This document shows, piece by piece, positions 23,894 to 32,000 of a stretch of DNA of 32,000 nt. Both the position numbers and the translations under genes were made by a program. Below the pieces are notes generated by a model, which did not search any database, was not told the DNA's origin, and saw only the letters and a list, made by a program, of their open reading frames with translations. The stretch covers positions 900,001-932,000 of the forward strand of contig NC_021219.1 of the NCBI RefSeq assembly GCF_000392435.1. Direction: 5' to 3'. Every line of letters begins with the position of its first letter. The first letter of the stretch is position 1. Source of the stretch: Candidatus Saccharimonas aalborgensis (GTDB lineage: Bacteria; Patescibacteriota; Saccharimonadia; Saccharimonadales; Saccharimonadaceae).

Positions 23894-25060
23894 CTACTCG
23901 GCGACGAACGCCGCACTAGCTTGTATCCTATAAGGCTCATGAGTACAACGACCGTGATGAGCCACGACATAGCCACATTTGCCTGAGTGATACCCTGGCC
24001 GAGAGAAAATACTATTGAACCACCAAATAAGCGGGATTGCTGCAGCGTTGGCTGCGAAGCTGACTGTCGAAAAGACACTGGCGCGTACCTTGCTGGGGGT
24101 GTGGTGTTGGATTGCGGCGTCAGCAATCGTTTCCAAAAGACCAGTAATCGCATAAATAACGATGAATAAGCCGATACCAACCCATGACTGTATAAGGGCG
24201 AAAGCAACCAAAAAGATGATGAATACGAATGAGATGTGCGCAATACGGTTTTTGACCCAGTGCGATGTAAACTGCGCCAGACCTGAGATGAGTGCCGTGA
24301 GTGCCCAAAGTAACCCGAGTACAGCGGCACTGACCCCAAAGGAAAGAATGTACACCTGGCCAAATTCGCCGACCGTCAACCAAAACGCGTTGGCTGCAAA
24401 AAATATCAATCCAAGAACCCAAATAATTGGACGTGATGCAATCACGGTGATGATATCTTTTGCATGAGCACGCCAGCCACTGAGCTCGCTCTCCTTGTGA
24501 CGTGACGGTTCGCGTAGTGTCATGATGGTCGCAAGTGCGACAAGAGCTGGCAAAATCGACAGTAGATACGGCACACGGAGGTTTGAGTATTCGGCGATGA
24601 TACCACTGAGTGCATTAGCAACACCTGCTCCCAGTAGAAAGAGCGCGCTGGCTTGGCCCATATAGCGTGCATAACGTCGTTCACGACCCTCTGACAACAA
24701 GTGATCATACAAAAAGGCCTGGAAGGCGCCGTTTTGAAATGCCGTGTAGAGTGCATAGAATGCCGCGCCGATACCATAGACTAGGAGTGAAGGACTGATT
24801 GCCAGGATGCAGAGTGATAAAAGTTGAAAGAGACTGGCGGTGATGAGAGCGCGTTTGCGTCCGATGCGATCGGCGATAATACCGCTCGGGATATCAGATA
24901 AGAGAAACGTCACAGCCCATACCGTAGTGACAACGGCGCGAGCCGACGGGTCCTGGAGGATATTGTCAAGAAAGAGCTGTTCGATCCCATACCAAAACAT
25001 CAGCCCAAAACAAAAATAGATAAGTCGCAGGCGACCTAGTGCCCCTAGGCCCATTGCCAT
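23894..25060 (-). CDS. MFS transporter
   Basis: About 12 hydrophobic helices, with the MFS signature GIIADRIGRKRAL between TM2 and TM3. Confidence 0.75.
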   Translation of the reverse strand: MAMGLGALGRLRLIYFCFGLMFWYGIEQLFLDNILQDPSARAVVTTVWAVTFLLSDIPSGIIADRIGRKRALITASLFQLLSLCILAISPSLLVYGIGAAFYALYTAFQNGAFQAFLYDHLLSEGRERRYARYMGQASALFLLGAGVANALSGIIAEYSNLRVPYLLSILPALVALATIMTLREPSRHKESELSGWRAHAKDIITVIASRPIIWVLGLIFFAANAFWLTVGEFGQVYILSFGVSAAVLGLLWALTALISGLAQFTSHWVKNRIAHISFVFIIFLVAFALIQSWVGIGLFIVIYAITGLLETIADAAIQHHTPSKVRASVFSTVSFAANAAAIPLIWWFNSIFSRPGYHSGKCGYVVAHHGRCTHEPYRIQASAAFVAE

Positions 25061-26514
25061 CTGCTACCGTGAGGTGTGTCGTTGATAAGAATCTTCTTTT
25101 TGGCTAATTGGTCGCGCAACCTGTCGGACGCTTGCCAGTCTTTTGCATCACGGGCACGTTGTCGTTCGATGATCAGTCGCTTAGCGTCGTCGTCGATATC
25201 TGGCGTAGACTGCTCAAGCTGCAGGCCGAGTAGCTCATCGATGGCTCGAATGAACTCAATTAATCCATGGTGGTGAATATCATCAAGACGACAACTATCA
25301 AGTGAACTAAAAGCTTGGTCGATAACCCGCAACGCTTCGGGCGTGTTTAGGTTGTCCTGCAGTGCTTCGCGCAGTGCTCCGCTGGCCGCTAACAGCGAGA
25401 TTGAGCCGCGCTCAGCGTCGTTTTTTTGATTGTCATCGTCAAGTCGATCGTGCGTTTGATGCCGCAATACCGCATAGGAACGCCATTTTTCGAGACGATT
25501 TTTGGCCGAAGCAAGGTTATCGAAGGTAAAGTTGCCTTCATTTTGGAATTGACCCTGTAGCACAAAAAGCCGCAGGTCCATGGCAGAGTAGCCGTTCTCT
25601 TCTAGCTGCTGCAATGTGTAGGTGTTGCCAAGGCTTTTGCTGACTTTTGTACCATCAATTTTTAGGTGATTGTTGTGCAACCAAACAGTTGCAAATCGCT
25701 GACCGCTCGCGGCTTCACTCTGAGCGATCTCATTGGTGTGATGCACTGGTATATGGTCGATGCCACCAGTATGAATATCAATTGTTGGGCCCAGGATACT
25801 CATGGCCATCGCTGAGCACTCCAGGTGCCAGCCAGGAAAGCCCATTATCTCGGCCGAGCCAGTCGGTAATTCTAACAAATCGTCTGGTGTCGGCCACTGC
25901 ATATCACGGTTTTCGCCCGCCGGAGTAAATTTCCATAGTGCGAAGTCCCAAGGCTGGCGTTTTTGGGTGTTTTGTTCTACCCGAGCGCCGGCTTTTTGCG
26001 CCGCGAGGTCGAGGTGAGCAAACTCAGCGTAGCTTGGAAACTTTGCCGTATCAAAGTAGATACCATCGGTTGTTTGGTAAGTAACACCCTTATCTTTGAG
26101 AATACGCACGAGATCGAGCTGTTGATCAATAAAATCTGTTGCTTTGACGAGATGTTCGGGAGGGAGTAGCCCAAGTTTTTCCATACCCGCCACGAAATCC
26201 TCAGCGTAAAATTCGGCAATCTCCCAGGCTGTTTTGCCTTCGCGCCGAGCACCCTTTTCAAGTTTATCCTCACCTTCGTCTGCATCGCTGACAAGATGGC
26301 CGACATCGGTAATGTTCATCACTCGCTCGACTCGGTAGCTGCTAGCAATAAGCGTACGGACCAGGATATCCCAGTAGATATAGGCAGTCCAGTTACCGAC
26401 GTGCAGATAATCATAAACTGTTGGGCCGCAGGTGTACAGCGTCACCTTTTCGCTATTTAGCGGCTCAAATACTTCGACCTGCTGTGTGCGAGTATTATGA
26501 AGTCTGAGTGTCAT
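25045..26514 (-). CDS. cysS: Cysteine--tRNA ligase
   Basis: Motifs CGPTVYDYLHVGN (HIGH region) and KVSKSLGN (KMSKS); 489 aa. Confidence 0.9.
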   Translation of the reverse strand: MTLRLHNTRTQQVEVFEPLNSEKVTLYTCGPTVYDYLHVGNWTAYIYWDILVRTLIASSYRVERVMNITDVGHLVSDADEGEDKLEKGARREGKTAWEIAEFYAEDFVAGMEKLGLLPPEHLVKATDFIDQQLDLVRILKDKGVTYQTTDGIYFDTAKFPSYAEFAHLDLAAQKAGARVEQNTQKRQPWDFALWKFTPAGENRDMQWPTPDDLLELPTGSAEIMGFPGWHLECSAMAMSILGPTIDIHTGGIDHIPVHHTNEIAQSEAASGQRFATVWLHNNHLKIDGTKVSKSLGNTYTLQQLEENGYSAMDLRLFVLQGQFQNEGNFTFDNLASAKNRLEKWRSYAVLRHQTHDRLDDDNQKNDAERGSISLLAASGALREALQDNLNTPEALRVIDQAFSSLDSCRLDDIHHHGLIEFIRAIDELLGLQLEQSTPDIDDDAKRLIIERQRARDAKDWQASDRLRDQLAKKKILINDTPHGSRWQWA

Positions 26515-27511
26515 GGTATTCCCTTAGCGCTTTGTCGGTTGCCGTGAGTAGCTCGTGCAGCGCGGCATCGTAGGCGTCGTGTATCTTGTAGCCAGCAGCA
26601 TAGCTATGTCCGCCGCCGCCGAAATAACCAGCGATCATATTGGCAACGGGTGTGTTGCACCGCAGCTTGCCCGTTAGTTTGCCATCGGGATAGGTTTTTA
26701 TAGCGCAGGCTACTTCGACGCCCTCGACCAGACGCATCTCGTCAAGCACGAGAACACTTGGGTTGTAGCGGTCGCTGTATTCGGCAATATCTTCCCACGG
26801 AATGTGGACGGTGGCCAGCTTGCCATCCAAATGGTACTCAATGCGTTCGATGAGTTGTGCCTTGTAGGCGAGGATATCGGCGGGTTTTTTCATATACTCA
26901 CGGCGGCGTAACTCGATCTCAGCAGGAATGGCGCCCGCCTTGACCAAATCGGCGACAGTTTGAAACGTCGCAGCAGTTGCCGACTGGGTTGTCATGCCGA
27001 GCGTGTCTGCCGCGATGGAGATATAGAGGTATTCGGCTGCTGAGGGAGTGAGCTGCCACGAGGCTTCTCTGACAAGTTCATAGATGAGTTCACCAGTCGA
27101 AGCCGCCGAGGACGACATGACGAATTCGTGGCTAAAGGAAAGATCATTGAGGCTTTCGTCCTCATCATTTTCACCATGGTGGTCGAGCACAATCACCGGA
27201 TGTGTCTCGAGATAGTGTCGCGCCCCTGGTACGGCCAGACATTTTTCGAGTAAGGCTTCGGCGGCGGTGTCAACGACGATAGCCAGGTCGGCATCAAAAG
27301 GAAACTCATTGACCACTCTATCCCAGCCTCTGATATATCGGAGGTACTTTGGCATATCGATCGCGCAGTACATCGTAACACGCTTGCCTTGTTCGCCGAG
27401 TAGTTCCTCGAGAGCAAGCGAACTACCCAAGCTATCACCATCAGGATTTTCGCCCTGGATGATGACAACTGATGCGGCATCAGAGATCTGTGAGATAGCT
27501 GTCGTGTACAT
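26495..27511 (-). CDS. nrnA: DHH-family phosphoesterase (NrnA-like oligoribonuclease/pAp phosphatase)
   Basis: Motifs DGDSLGSSLAL, VLDHH and GGGGHSYAAG (DHHA1). Confidence 0.8.
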   Translation of the reverse strand: MYTTAISQISDAASVVIIQGENPDGDSLGSSLALEELLGEQGKRVTMYCAIDMPKYLRYIRGWDRVVNEFPFDADLAIVVDTAAEALLEKCLAVPGARHYLETHPVIVLDHHGENDEDESLNDLSFSHEFVMSSSAASTGELIYELVREASWQLTPSAAEYLYISIAADTLGMTTQSATAATFQTVADLVKAGAIPAEIELRRREYMKKPADILAYKAQLIERIEYHLDGKLATVHIPWEDIAEYSDRYNPSVLVLDEMRLVEGVEVACAIKTYPDGKLTGKLRCNTPVANMIAGYFGGGGHSYAAGYKIHDAYDAALHELLTATDKALREYHDTQTS

Positions 27512-27518
27512 TGTTCCT

Positions 27519-27548
27519 ATTGTAGCAAATGTTGTATTATTTTGTTAA
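27519..27548 (-). promoter_or_regulatory. nrnA promoter TTAACA-N18-TACAAT, 7 nt upstream of the ATG (leaderless arrangement)
   Basis: The minus strand reads ttaaca aaataatacaacatttgc tacaat aggaaca ATG. Confidence 0.5.
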
Positions 27549-27560
27549 GTATGATATAAT
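27532..27560 (+). promoter_or_regulatory. Divergent promoter TTGTAT-N17-(TGa)TATAAT, 6 nt upstream of the ATG at 27567, firing into the high-GC island
   Basis: Sequence ttgtat tattttgttaagtatga tataat atatat ATG. It has an extended -10 TG. Confidence 0.5.
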
Positions 27561-27624
27561 ATATATATGGCTCTCTCGACCGAGATGAGTATCGTCCTGG
27601 TGGTGAACGCCGCTAGTGTCCGAA

Positions 27625-27634
27625 AGGTAGGAAC
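27625..27634. repeat. Left 10-bp inverted repeat AGGTAGGAAC bracketing the high-GC island (preceded by GTCCGA)
   Basis: Its reverse complement, GTTCCTACCT, is at 27984-27993. GTCCGA directly precedes both copies (27618-27623 and 27977-27982). Confidence 0.6.
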
Positions 27635-27639
27635 TCCCT

Positions 27640-27921
27640 TTGCGATTCGTCGACAGCTACAACCCCCTCTTCCATATCGCCCAGTCGCCCGACCCGACGC
27701 GGGCCGCCGCCTTCGTGGCGGAGATCAAGGCCGTGGTCGCGGCGACCGACTCCATGGTGGCCAACAACCCCCAGTCGGTCGAGGCCGCGCTGCGGCAGGC
27801 CGCAGCGGACAAGGCCGGTACCGGCGAGCAGTGGCTCGTTCGGCTGGTCGGCAGCAGTGCCGAGCTGTTCGCCGCGGAGATGGAGGTGATGCGCCCCGAC
27901 GCGCGCTCGCTGGCCGCCTGA
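27640..27921 (+). CDS. Foreign high-GC ORF (93 codons, TTG start), unknown function; possibly a captured actinobacterial-type gene or gene fragment
   Basis: By my count only 6 of 93 sense codons end in A/T, which is the frame-specific GC3 signature of a real high-GC coding frame. AGGA lies 7 nt upstream of the TTG. The frame opens right after the TAG at 27628-27630. I recognise no family. Confidence 0.5.
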   Translation: MRFVDSYNPLFHIAQSPDPTRAAAFVAEIKAVVAATDSMVANNPQSVEAALRQAAADKAGTGEQWLVRLVGSSAELFAAEMEVMRPDARSLAA

Positions 27922-27933
27922 GTTCGGGCACTG

Positions 27934-27974
27934 GCCAGGGGTGGCAGCGGCGATCTGCTGCAGCCACCCCTGGC
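27934..27974 (+). terminator. GC-rich hairpin downstream of the high-GC ORF (terminator-like, no U-tract)
   Basis: GCCAGGGGTGGC (27934-27945) pairs with GCCACCCCTGGC (27963-27974), and there is additional inner pairing. Confidence 0.35.
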
Positions 27975-27983
27975 ACGTCCGAC

Positions 27984-27993
27984 GTTCCTACCT
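27984..27993. repeat. Right 10-bp inverted repeat GTTCCTACCT
   Basis: Reverse complement of 27625-27634. Confidence 0.6.
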
Positions 27994-28040
27994 CATTTCC
28001 AGATAGCTTGAGTGAGGCATTCGAGCCCTCTGGAGATGAA

Positions 28041-28658
28041 TTACAAGACGCGTCTGCCTTCAAGTGCGTGGCTGAGGGTGATTTGGTCGGCATACTCGAG
28101 GTCGACACCGACAGGAATGCCGCGGGCGAGCCGCGTTAGTTTGGTATCTAGTTTTGCCTCTTGGATTTGCCGCTGAATAAAGAGTGCAGTTGACTCACCT
28201 TCAACGCTGGCATTGGTGGCTATGATAACCTCTTCAACGCTATCAATTTTGATACGCTTGAGGAGCTCGGGGATATGCAGTTGCTCGGGGCCAACGCCAT
28301 CAATCGGTGAAATTGCGCCTCCTAGGACATGGTAGGTCCCCTTGAATTGTCCTGTCCGCTCTAGGGCAACGATATCGAGCGGTTCCTCGACGACTGCGAT
28401 GAGTCTTTTGTTGCGTTCTCGTCCGTCGTAGAGTGGCGATACTTCTTGGTTCGCGTCGATAAGAGCAAACGTTACTGGACATGTCTTGACGCCGCTGTGA
28501 AGTGTTGCAATGGATGTTGCCAGACTATCGGCTGTCCGCGTGTCGGCACGAAGCAAGAAATAGGCGTACCGCTCGGCGGTACGGGCACCCACTCCAGGGA
28601 GCCGTCCGAGTTCATCGATAACACGCAGCAGCGCCTCGGGCAATAGTTGCGCGCTCAT
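28041..28658 (-). CDS. recR: Recombination protein RecR (Toprim domain intact, zinc-finger cysteines missing)
   Basis: Motifs LPGVGARTAERYAYFLL (HhH), IAVVEEPLDIVALERTGQFKGTYHVLGGAISP (Toprim) and ATNASVEGESTALFI. Confidence 0.85.
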   Translation of the reverse strand: MSAQLLPEALLRVIDELGRLPGVGARTAERYAYFLLRADTRTADSLATSIATLHSGVKTCPVTFALIDANQEVSPLYDGRERNKRLIAVVEEPLDIVALERTGQFKGTYHVLGGAISPIDGVGPEQLHIPELLKRIKIDSVEEVIIATNASVEGESTALFIQRQIQEAKLDTKLTRLARGIPVGVDLEYADQITLSHALEGRRVL

Positions 28659-28663
28659 GCGGG

Positions 28664-28963
28664 TTACAGACCGAGATTTCCGAGGCCACCCATGAGTGGT
28701 TTCATGCGTTCAGCAGCAACTTCTTGAGCTTTTGCCATACCATCGCGAATAGCAATTTCGATCCAGTGCTCGAGTTCGCTGATATCGTCGAGATCAACGT
28801 ATGCTGGATCAATCTTGACGCTTTTTACTTTGAGCTCACCCGTAATTTGTACGACGACTGCTCCATCACCTGCCTCTACTTCGATAATTTCTTTGGCTAG
28901 GTCTTTTTGGGCTTTGCGTAAATCGTTGAGCATCTTTACTTGGTTAAATGCCATAGTTCTCAT
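28664..28963 (-). CDS. ybaB: YbaB/EbfC family nucleoid-associated protein
   Basis: 99 aa. MLNDLRKAQKDLAKEIIEVEAGDGAVVVQITGELKVKSVKIDP; located directly upstream of recR, as is usual. Confidence 0.85.
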   Translation of the reverse strand: MRTMAFNQVKMLNDLRKAQKDLAKEIIEVEAGDGAVVVQITGELKVKSVKIDPAYVDLDDISELEHWIEIAIRDGMAKAQEVAAERMKPLMGGLGNLGL

Positions 28964-28996
28964 TCCTCCCCGTGGATTAACATGTCTTAGTATACG

Positions 28997-30466
28997 TTAT
29001 TTTGAAGGTGTTTGATAGATATAGAAGCGGTTGCCGTCGGTCGCTCGCGAGTTGGTGACGATTTCTTTTAGTTCGGTGCGAGGTGGTATATGAGTACGAG
29101 CGTCGTGTGCAACGATGACTATTTGATTTGAGGCAGTAAATGAGCGGTCAACGCTAAAACGCTTATCATAGTGCGCTACCAAGGTATAAAATGCAGCCTC
29201 AGACGGGCCAGCATACAGTATCGTGTTGGAGCTGGTTGACTTGAGATTGGTAAGTTGCCGTTGGAGCAGCGTCAGATCTTTTGAATAGAACGACAATATG
29301 CTTGAGTTGTACTGATAGTTTCCGATATAGCGCAGCACGCTCAATGACATGATACCGATGATAACAATTGTCAGCGGTATAAGTCCCGCAACTCTGGCGT
29401 AGGGATTACGCGGAAAGAGCTTGTACCAGTCAGAGATGAGAGTGGCGATGCCGAGTGACATCAACAGCGCAGCGAGAGGAAATGTTTCGGTAACGCGTTC
29501 GGGGTTGAGGATGATGAGCGGAATGAGTAGCGCGCCCCACACCATCGTGATGTAGCTTCGCGCCGTATATTTGTAGGTAATCAGTTTGTAAAGTCCGATA
29601 CCAGCGAGCAGCACGATACTAAGCGAATAGAGTGGTCGAACCAGTGCGCCCGTTGACTGCGAGGCGAAGCCGGAGATATCTGTACCGACTTGCGTTGTAT
29701 TGCGCCAGAAATCGATCGAGTGATCTGGTATGCCCAGTAAGGTGCGAGCAACGCCCGGGTCGAGGATAGAAGCATAGATAAGAGGAGTAATAGCGATACA
29801 ACCGAGAACGATCGCAAGAATAAATCGAAGACGTGAAAACCGCTTGATAATATGGCGGATATGCGGATGAAAGAGCGACGTGGTCAGGATGGCTAATACC
29901 AAATAGCTGCCGAGCGGTAAGTAAAGTGCAGTACCGATGAGTACAAGTGTGATGACTTTCCAGAGTGTTCCAAAGAGTTTTTGGCGCGTGACATAGGTGG
30001 CTGCAAACAATAACCAGACGGCGACAAATGTGTGCATGATTCCTGGAGTGCCGTCTTGTACCAAAAAGAGAAACTGTGTCGAGGTAACAGCGATGATCGT
30101 CCCAAACACGGCGACATTTCGGCGGAACCAGGTGCTTAGCAGTAAAAAGAGGCCCAATACCGTTCCAACACCGAGGATCAGCGAGGGCAGTTTGATCGTA
30201 AAGGTCGACACACCAAAGATATTGAAGATGACGCGTTGCAATACATGATATGGAAGATCGATAACCATCGACGGAGACAGAGACTTGATAGAGAGCGAGC
30301 CGCTCTGAACACTCGAGGTAAGTTCGGCTTCACGCAGTTCACCAGGTACATAAAAGCTTGCGATGAACAGTACAACTCCGACGCAGACGATCAAGAAACC
30401 GTAGCTGACAATATATCGCCAGCGGTAAATCAAAAAATCGGTGACGCGAACTCGCATAGATATCAC
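28997..30466 (-). CDS. Polytopic membrane protein, GT-C (ArnT/PMT, GT39)-like glycosyltransferase candidate
   Basis: 489 aa with about 11-12 TM helices followed by a ~100-aa soluble C-terminal domain. The architecture resembles GT39/ArnT-type enzymes. I did not identify a diagnostic motif with confidence. Confidence 0.4.
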   Translation of the reverse strand: MISMRVRVTDFLIYRWRYIVSYGFLIVCVGVVLFIASFYVPGELREAELTSSVQSGSLSIKSLSPSMVIDLPYHVLQRVIFNIFGVSTFTIKLPSLILGVGTVLGLFLLLSTWFRRNVAVFGTIIAVTSTQFLFLVQDGTPGIMHTFVAVWLLFAATYVTRQKLFGTLWKVITLVLIGTALYLPLGSYLVLAILTTSLFHPHIRHIIKRFSRLRFILAIVLGCIAITPLIYASILDPGVARTLLGIPDHSIDFWRNTTQVGTDISGFASQSTGALVRPLYSLSIVLLAGIGLYKLITYKYTARSYITMVWGALLIPLIILNPERVTETFPLAALLMSLGIATLISDWYKLFPRNPYARVAGLIPLTIVIIGIMSLSVLRYIGNYQYNSSILSFYSKDLTLLQRQLTNLKSTSSNTILYAGPSEAAFYTLVAHYDKRFSVDRSFTASNQIVIVAHDARTHIPPRTELKEIVTNSRATDGNRFYIYQTPSK

Positions 30467-30501
30467 CAGTATATCACGAATACCAAATGGGCTTAAGCGG
30501 C

Positions 30502-31851
30502 TTAGTCCCGACGTTTGTCGAGTGACATAAAGCGTAGCCGCTCAGGGTGGAAGTAGAGCTGGATCTTACCGACAGGTCCGTTTCGATGTTTGGCGATAAT
30601 CAGATCGGTGATATTTTGGACGTCGACATTGTCCGGCTCATAATACCCAGGACGATAAATAAATGACACGATGTCGGCATCTTGCTCGATAGAACCAGAC
30701 TCGCGCAGGTCGCTAAGCTGCGGAATGGGCGGATTGCGACTTTCGACCGAACGGCTCAACTGGCTAATTGCAATGAGCGGGACATTGAGCTCACGAGCAA
30801 TGAGCTTGAGCCCACGGCTGATTTCGCTCACCTCTTGAACACGGTTACCAGCATAGTTGCCATTTGTCTGCATCAACTGCAAATAGTCGACGATGATGAG
30901 CCCGAGGGGCTGATCGTGCGCGGCGCGGCGAGCTTTGGTGCGCATCTCGAGCACCGAAAGTCCGGGCGTATCATCGATAAAAATCGGTGCTTCCGCCATC
31001 TCCCCCATCGCTTCGCTGATTTTGCTAAAATCTTCGTCGCTCAGGTTGCCGGTACGAATATTCCAGCTATCAACCCCACTAGCGTCGGCGAGCATACGGT
31101 CGATGAGCTGCTCTTTACTCATCTCGAGACTAAAGAAAAGTACCGGAAGCTTTGCAATGGTCGCCACATTATAGGCAAGATTGGTGACCAATGTCGTTTT
31201 TCCCATAGCTGGTCGAGCGGCAATAATAACGAGATCACTGCGTTGCAACCCGGCTGTCATGTTGTCGAGATCACGATAGCCGGTGCGAATGCCGCGAAGC
31301 TGACCTTTGTTGCGGTGAAGCTCTTCGATACGGTCAAAACTTTCGGTCAAAATACTCTCGATACTCACCAGGTCTTGCTTGAGTGATTGATCGCTGACGC
31401 TAAATAACTCAGCTTCGGCTTTTTCGAGCAGTTCCTCAGTGGTTGTCTCTTCATCATAGCCAAGTTCGGAAATATCGGCACTGGCTTTTATGAGGCGTCG
31501 ACGGACGGCTTTTTGGGCGACGAGTTCGGCGTAGGCGGCGGCGTGTGCAGCAGTTGGGACGTAGTTTGTGAGTTCAGAAAGATAGGCAGAGCCGCCAACT
31601 GCTTCGAGCTGGTCTTTTTTGCGTAGTTCCTCGGTGAGTGTCAGTAGGTCAACGGGTTTGTGCCGTTCATAGAGTCGCATCATCGCGCCAAAAATGGTGG
31701 CGTGACGCTTGTCATAGAAATCCTTTGGGGTAACGTGCTCAGAAATATCGGCCAGAACTTCTTCATCAATCAAGACTGCGCCAATCAAACTCATCTCCGC
31801 ATCGAGATTTTGCGGGGGGACTTTTCCAGCACTGACCTCTTTTTTAGCCAT
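30502..31851 (-). CDS. dnaB: Replicative DNA helicase DnaB
   Basis: Motifs PPQNLDAEMSLIGAVL, the Walker A motif AARPAMGKTTLVTN, IIVDYLQLM and IIAKHRNGPVG. Confidence 0.95.
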   Translation of the reverse strand: MAKKEVSAGKVPPQNLDAEMSLIGAVLIDEEVLADISEHVTPKDFYDKRHATIFGAMMRLYERHKPVDLLTLTEELRKKDQLEAVGGSAYLSELTNYVPTAAHAAAYAELVAQKAVRRRLIKASADISELGYDEETTTEELLEKAEAELFSVSDQSLKQDLVSIESILTESFDRIEELHRNKGQLRGIRTGYRDLDNMTAGLQRSDLVIIAARPAMGKTTLVTNLAYNVATIAKLPVLFFSLEMSKEQLIDRMLADASGVDSWNIRTGNLSDEDFSKISEAMGEMAEAPIFIDDTPGLSVLEMRTKARRAAHDQPLGLIIVDYLQLMQTNGNYAGNRVQEVSEISRGLKLIARELNVPLIAISQLSRSVESRNPPIPQLSDLRESGSIEQDADIVSFIYRPGYYEPDNVDVQNITDLIIAKHRNGPVGKIQLYFHPERLRFMSLDKRRD

Positions 31852-32000
31852 CGACTGATACCTCTTCTCCTCCCCCCATCATAGCAACAATAGCTGCGGT
31901 CTGGCCATCTTTGGGGGGTTTTGCGTTGGGGCTAATGACAATGTCGTGATCAGAAAGCTTCATTTGTTCGAGGATTTCCGCAAAAACCGGCAGTGATTTT
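31844..32000 (-). CDS. 3' end of an unidentified upstream gene (partial; overlaps the dnaB start)
   Basis: My own translation of the minus strand is open from the window edge: ...KSLPVFAEILEQMKLSDHDIVISPNAKPPKDGQTAAIVAMMGGGEEVSVDG*. The TAA at 31846-31844 overlaps the dnaB ATG region (ATGGCTAA). Confidence 0.35.
   Translation of the reverse strand, partial: KSLPVFAEILEQMKLSDHDIVISPNAKPPKDGQTAAIVAMMGGGEEVSVDG

Noticed and set aside
27567-28139. 190-aa ORF-track entry (Arg/Gly-rich, RGGDQGRGRGDR...).
   Set aside because: Its composition is what an off-frame reading of high-GC DNA produces. GC3 is much lower than in the 27640 frame, and it overlaps recR in antisense. I do not call it a gene, although its ATG sits 6 nt after a good promoter and may therefore be translated as a by-product.
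1-32000. Scanned for CRISPR arrays, rRNA genes, additional tRNAs and recognisable defence or toxin-antitoxin operons.
   Set aside because: No regularly spaced direct repeats, no rRNA-like sequence and no other GTTCGAATC-type T-arm turned up in the few intergenic regions. No gene pair matched defence-system architectures that I recognise.

Overview
The window is 32 kb, gene-dense and roughly 45-50% GC by eye. It carries a phosphoketolase + acetate kinase operon, two type IV pilin-like genes, GT4 and GT-C-like glycosyltransferases and several transporters. The housekeeping backbone is DnaB, YbaB-RecR and NrnA-CysS, with almost no biosynthetic genes. This fits a reduced-genome Patescibacteria (Saccharibacteria/TM7-like) episymbiont, but that taxonomic call is inference only. 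Three things stand out. (1) 14354-17539 is a 3.18-kb, two-gene integrative element (large serine recombinase plus a TraB/GumN-like cargo gene). It sits exactly between tRNA-Gln(UUG) and the hairpin that looks like that tRNA's terminator, with a 6-bp TTGGCT core at both junctions. Its repeat blocks imply that the excised circle has two ~0.29-kb inverted repeats, each carrying an attP-like core. That is a 2-micron-plasmid-like topology built around a serine recombinase. The recombinase ORF runs across attR into antisense tRNA, so its C-terminus depends on integration state. (2) About 27.6-28.0 kb is a ~350-bp island of roughly 70% GC. It holds a 93-codon ORF with actinobacterial-type codon usage (about 94% GC3 by my count) and a GC-rich hairpin, is bracketed by a 10-bp inverted repeat, and lies behind an AT-rich leaderless-type promoter. 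It looks like captured high-GC, possibly host-derived, DNA. (3) 8875-8993 is a 119-nt GC-rich three-helix structured element on the minus strand, immediately after a pilin gene, that I cannot assign to a known RNA family. Smaller observations: many promoters sit 6-10 nt from the ATG (leaderless mRNAs); there is an Erm-like methyltransferase; a SulP-STAS transporter is fused to an NTase-like domain; there is an orphan degenerate P-type-ATPase domain; and RecR lacks its zinc-finger cysteines. I recognised no CRISPR array, rRNA or canonical defence system.
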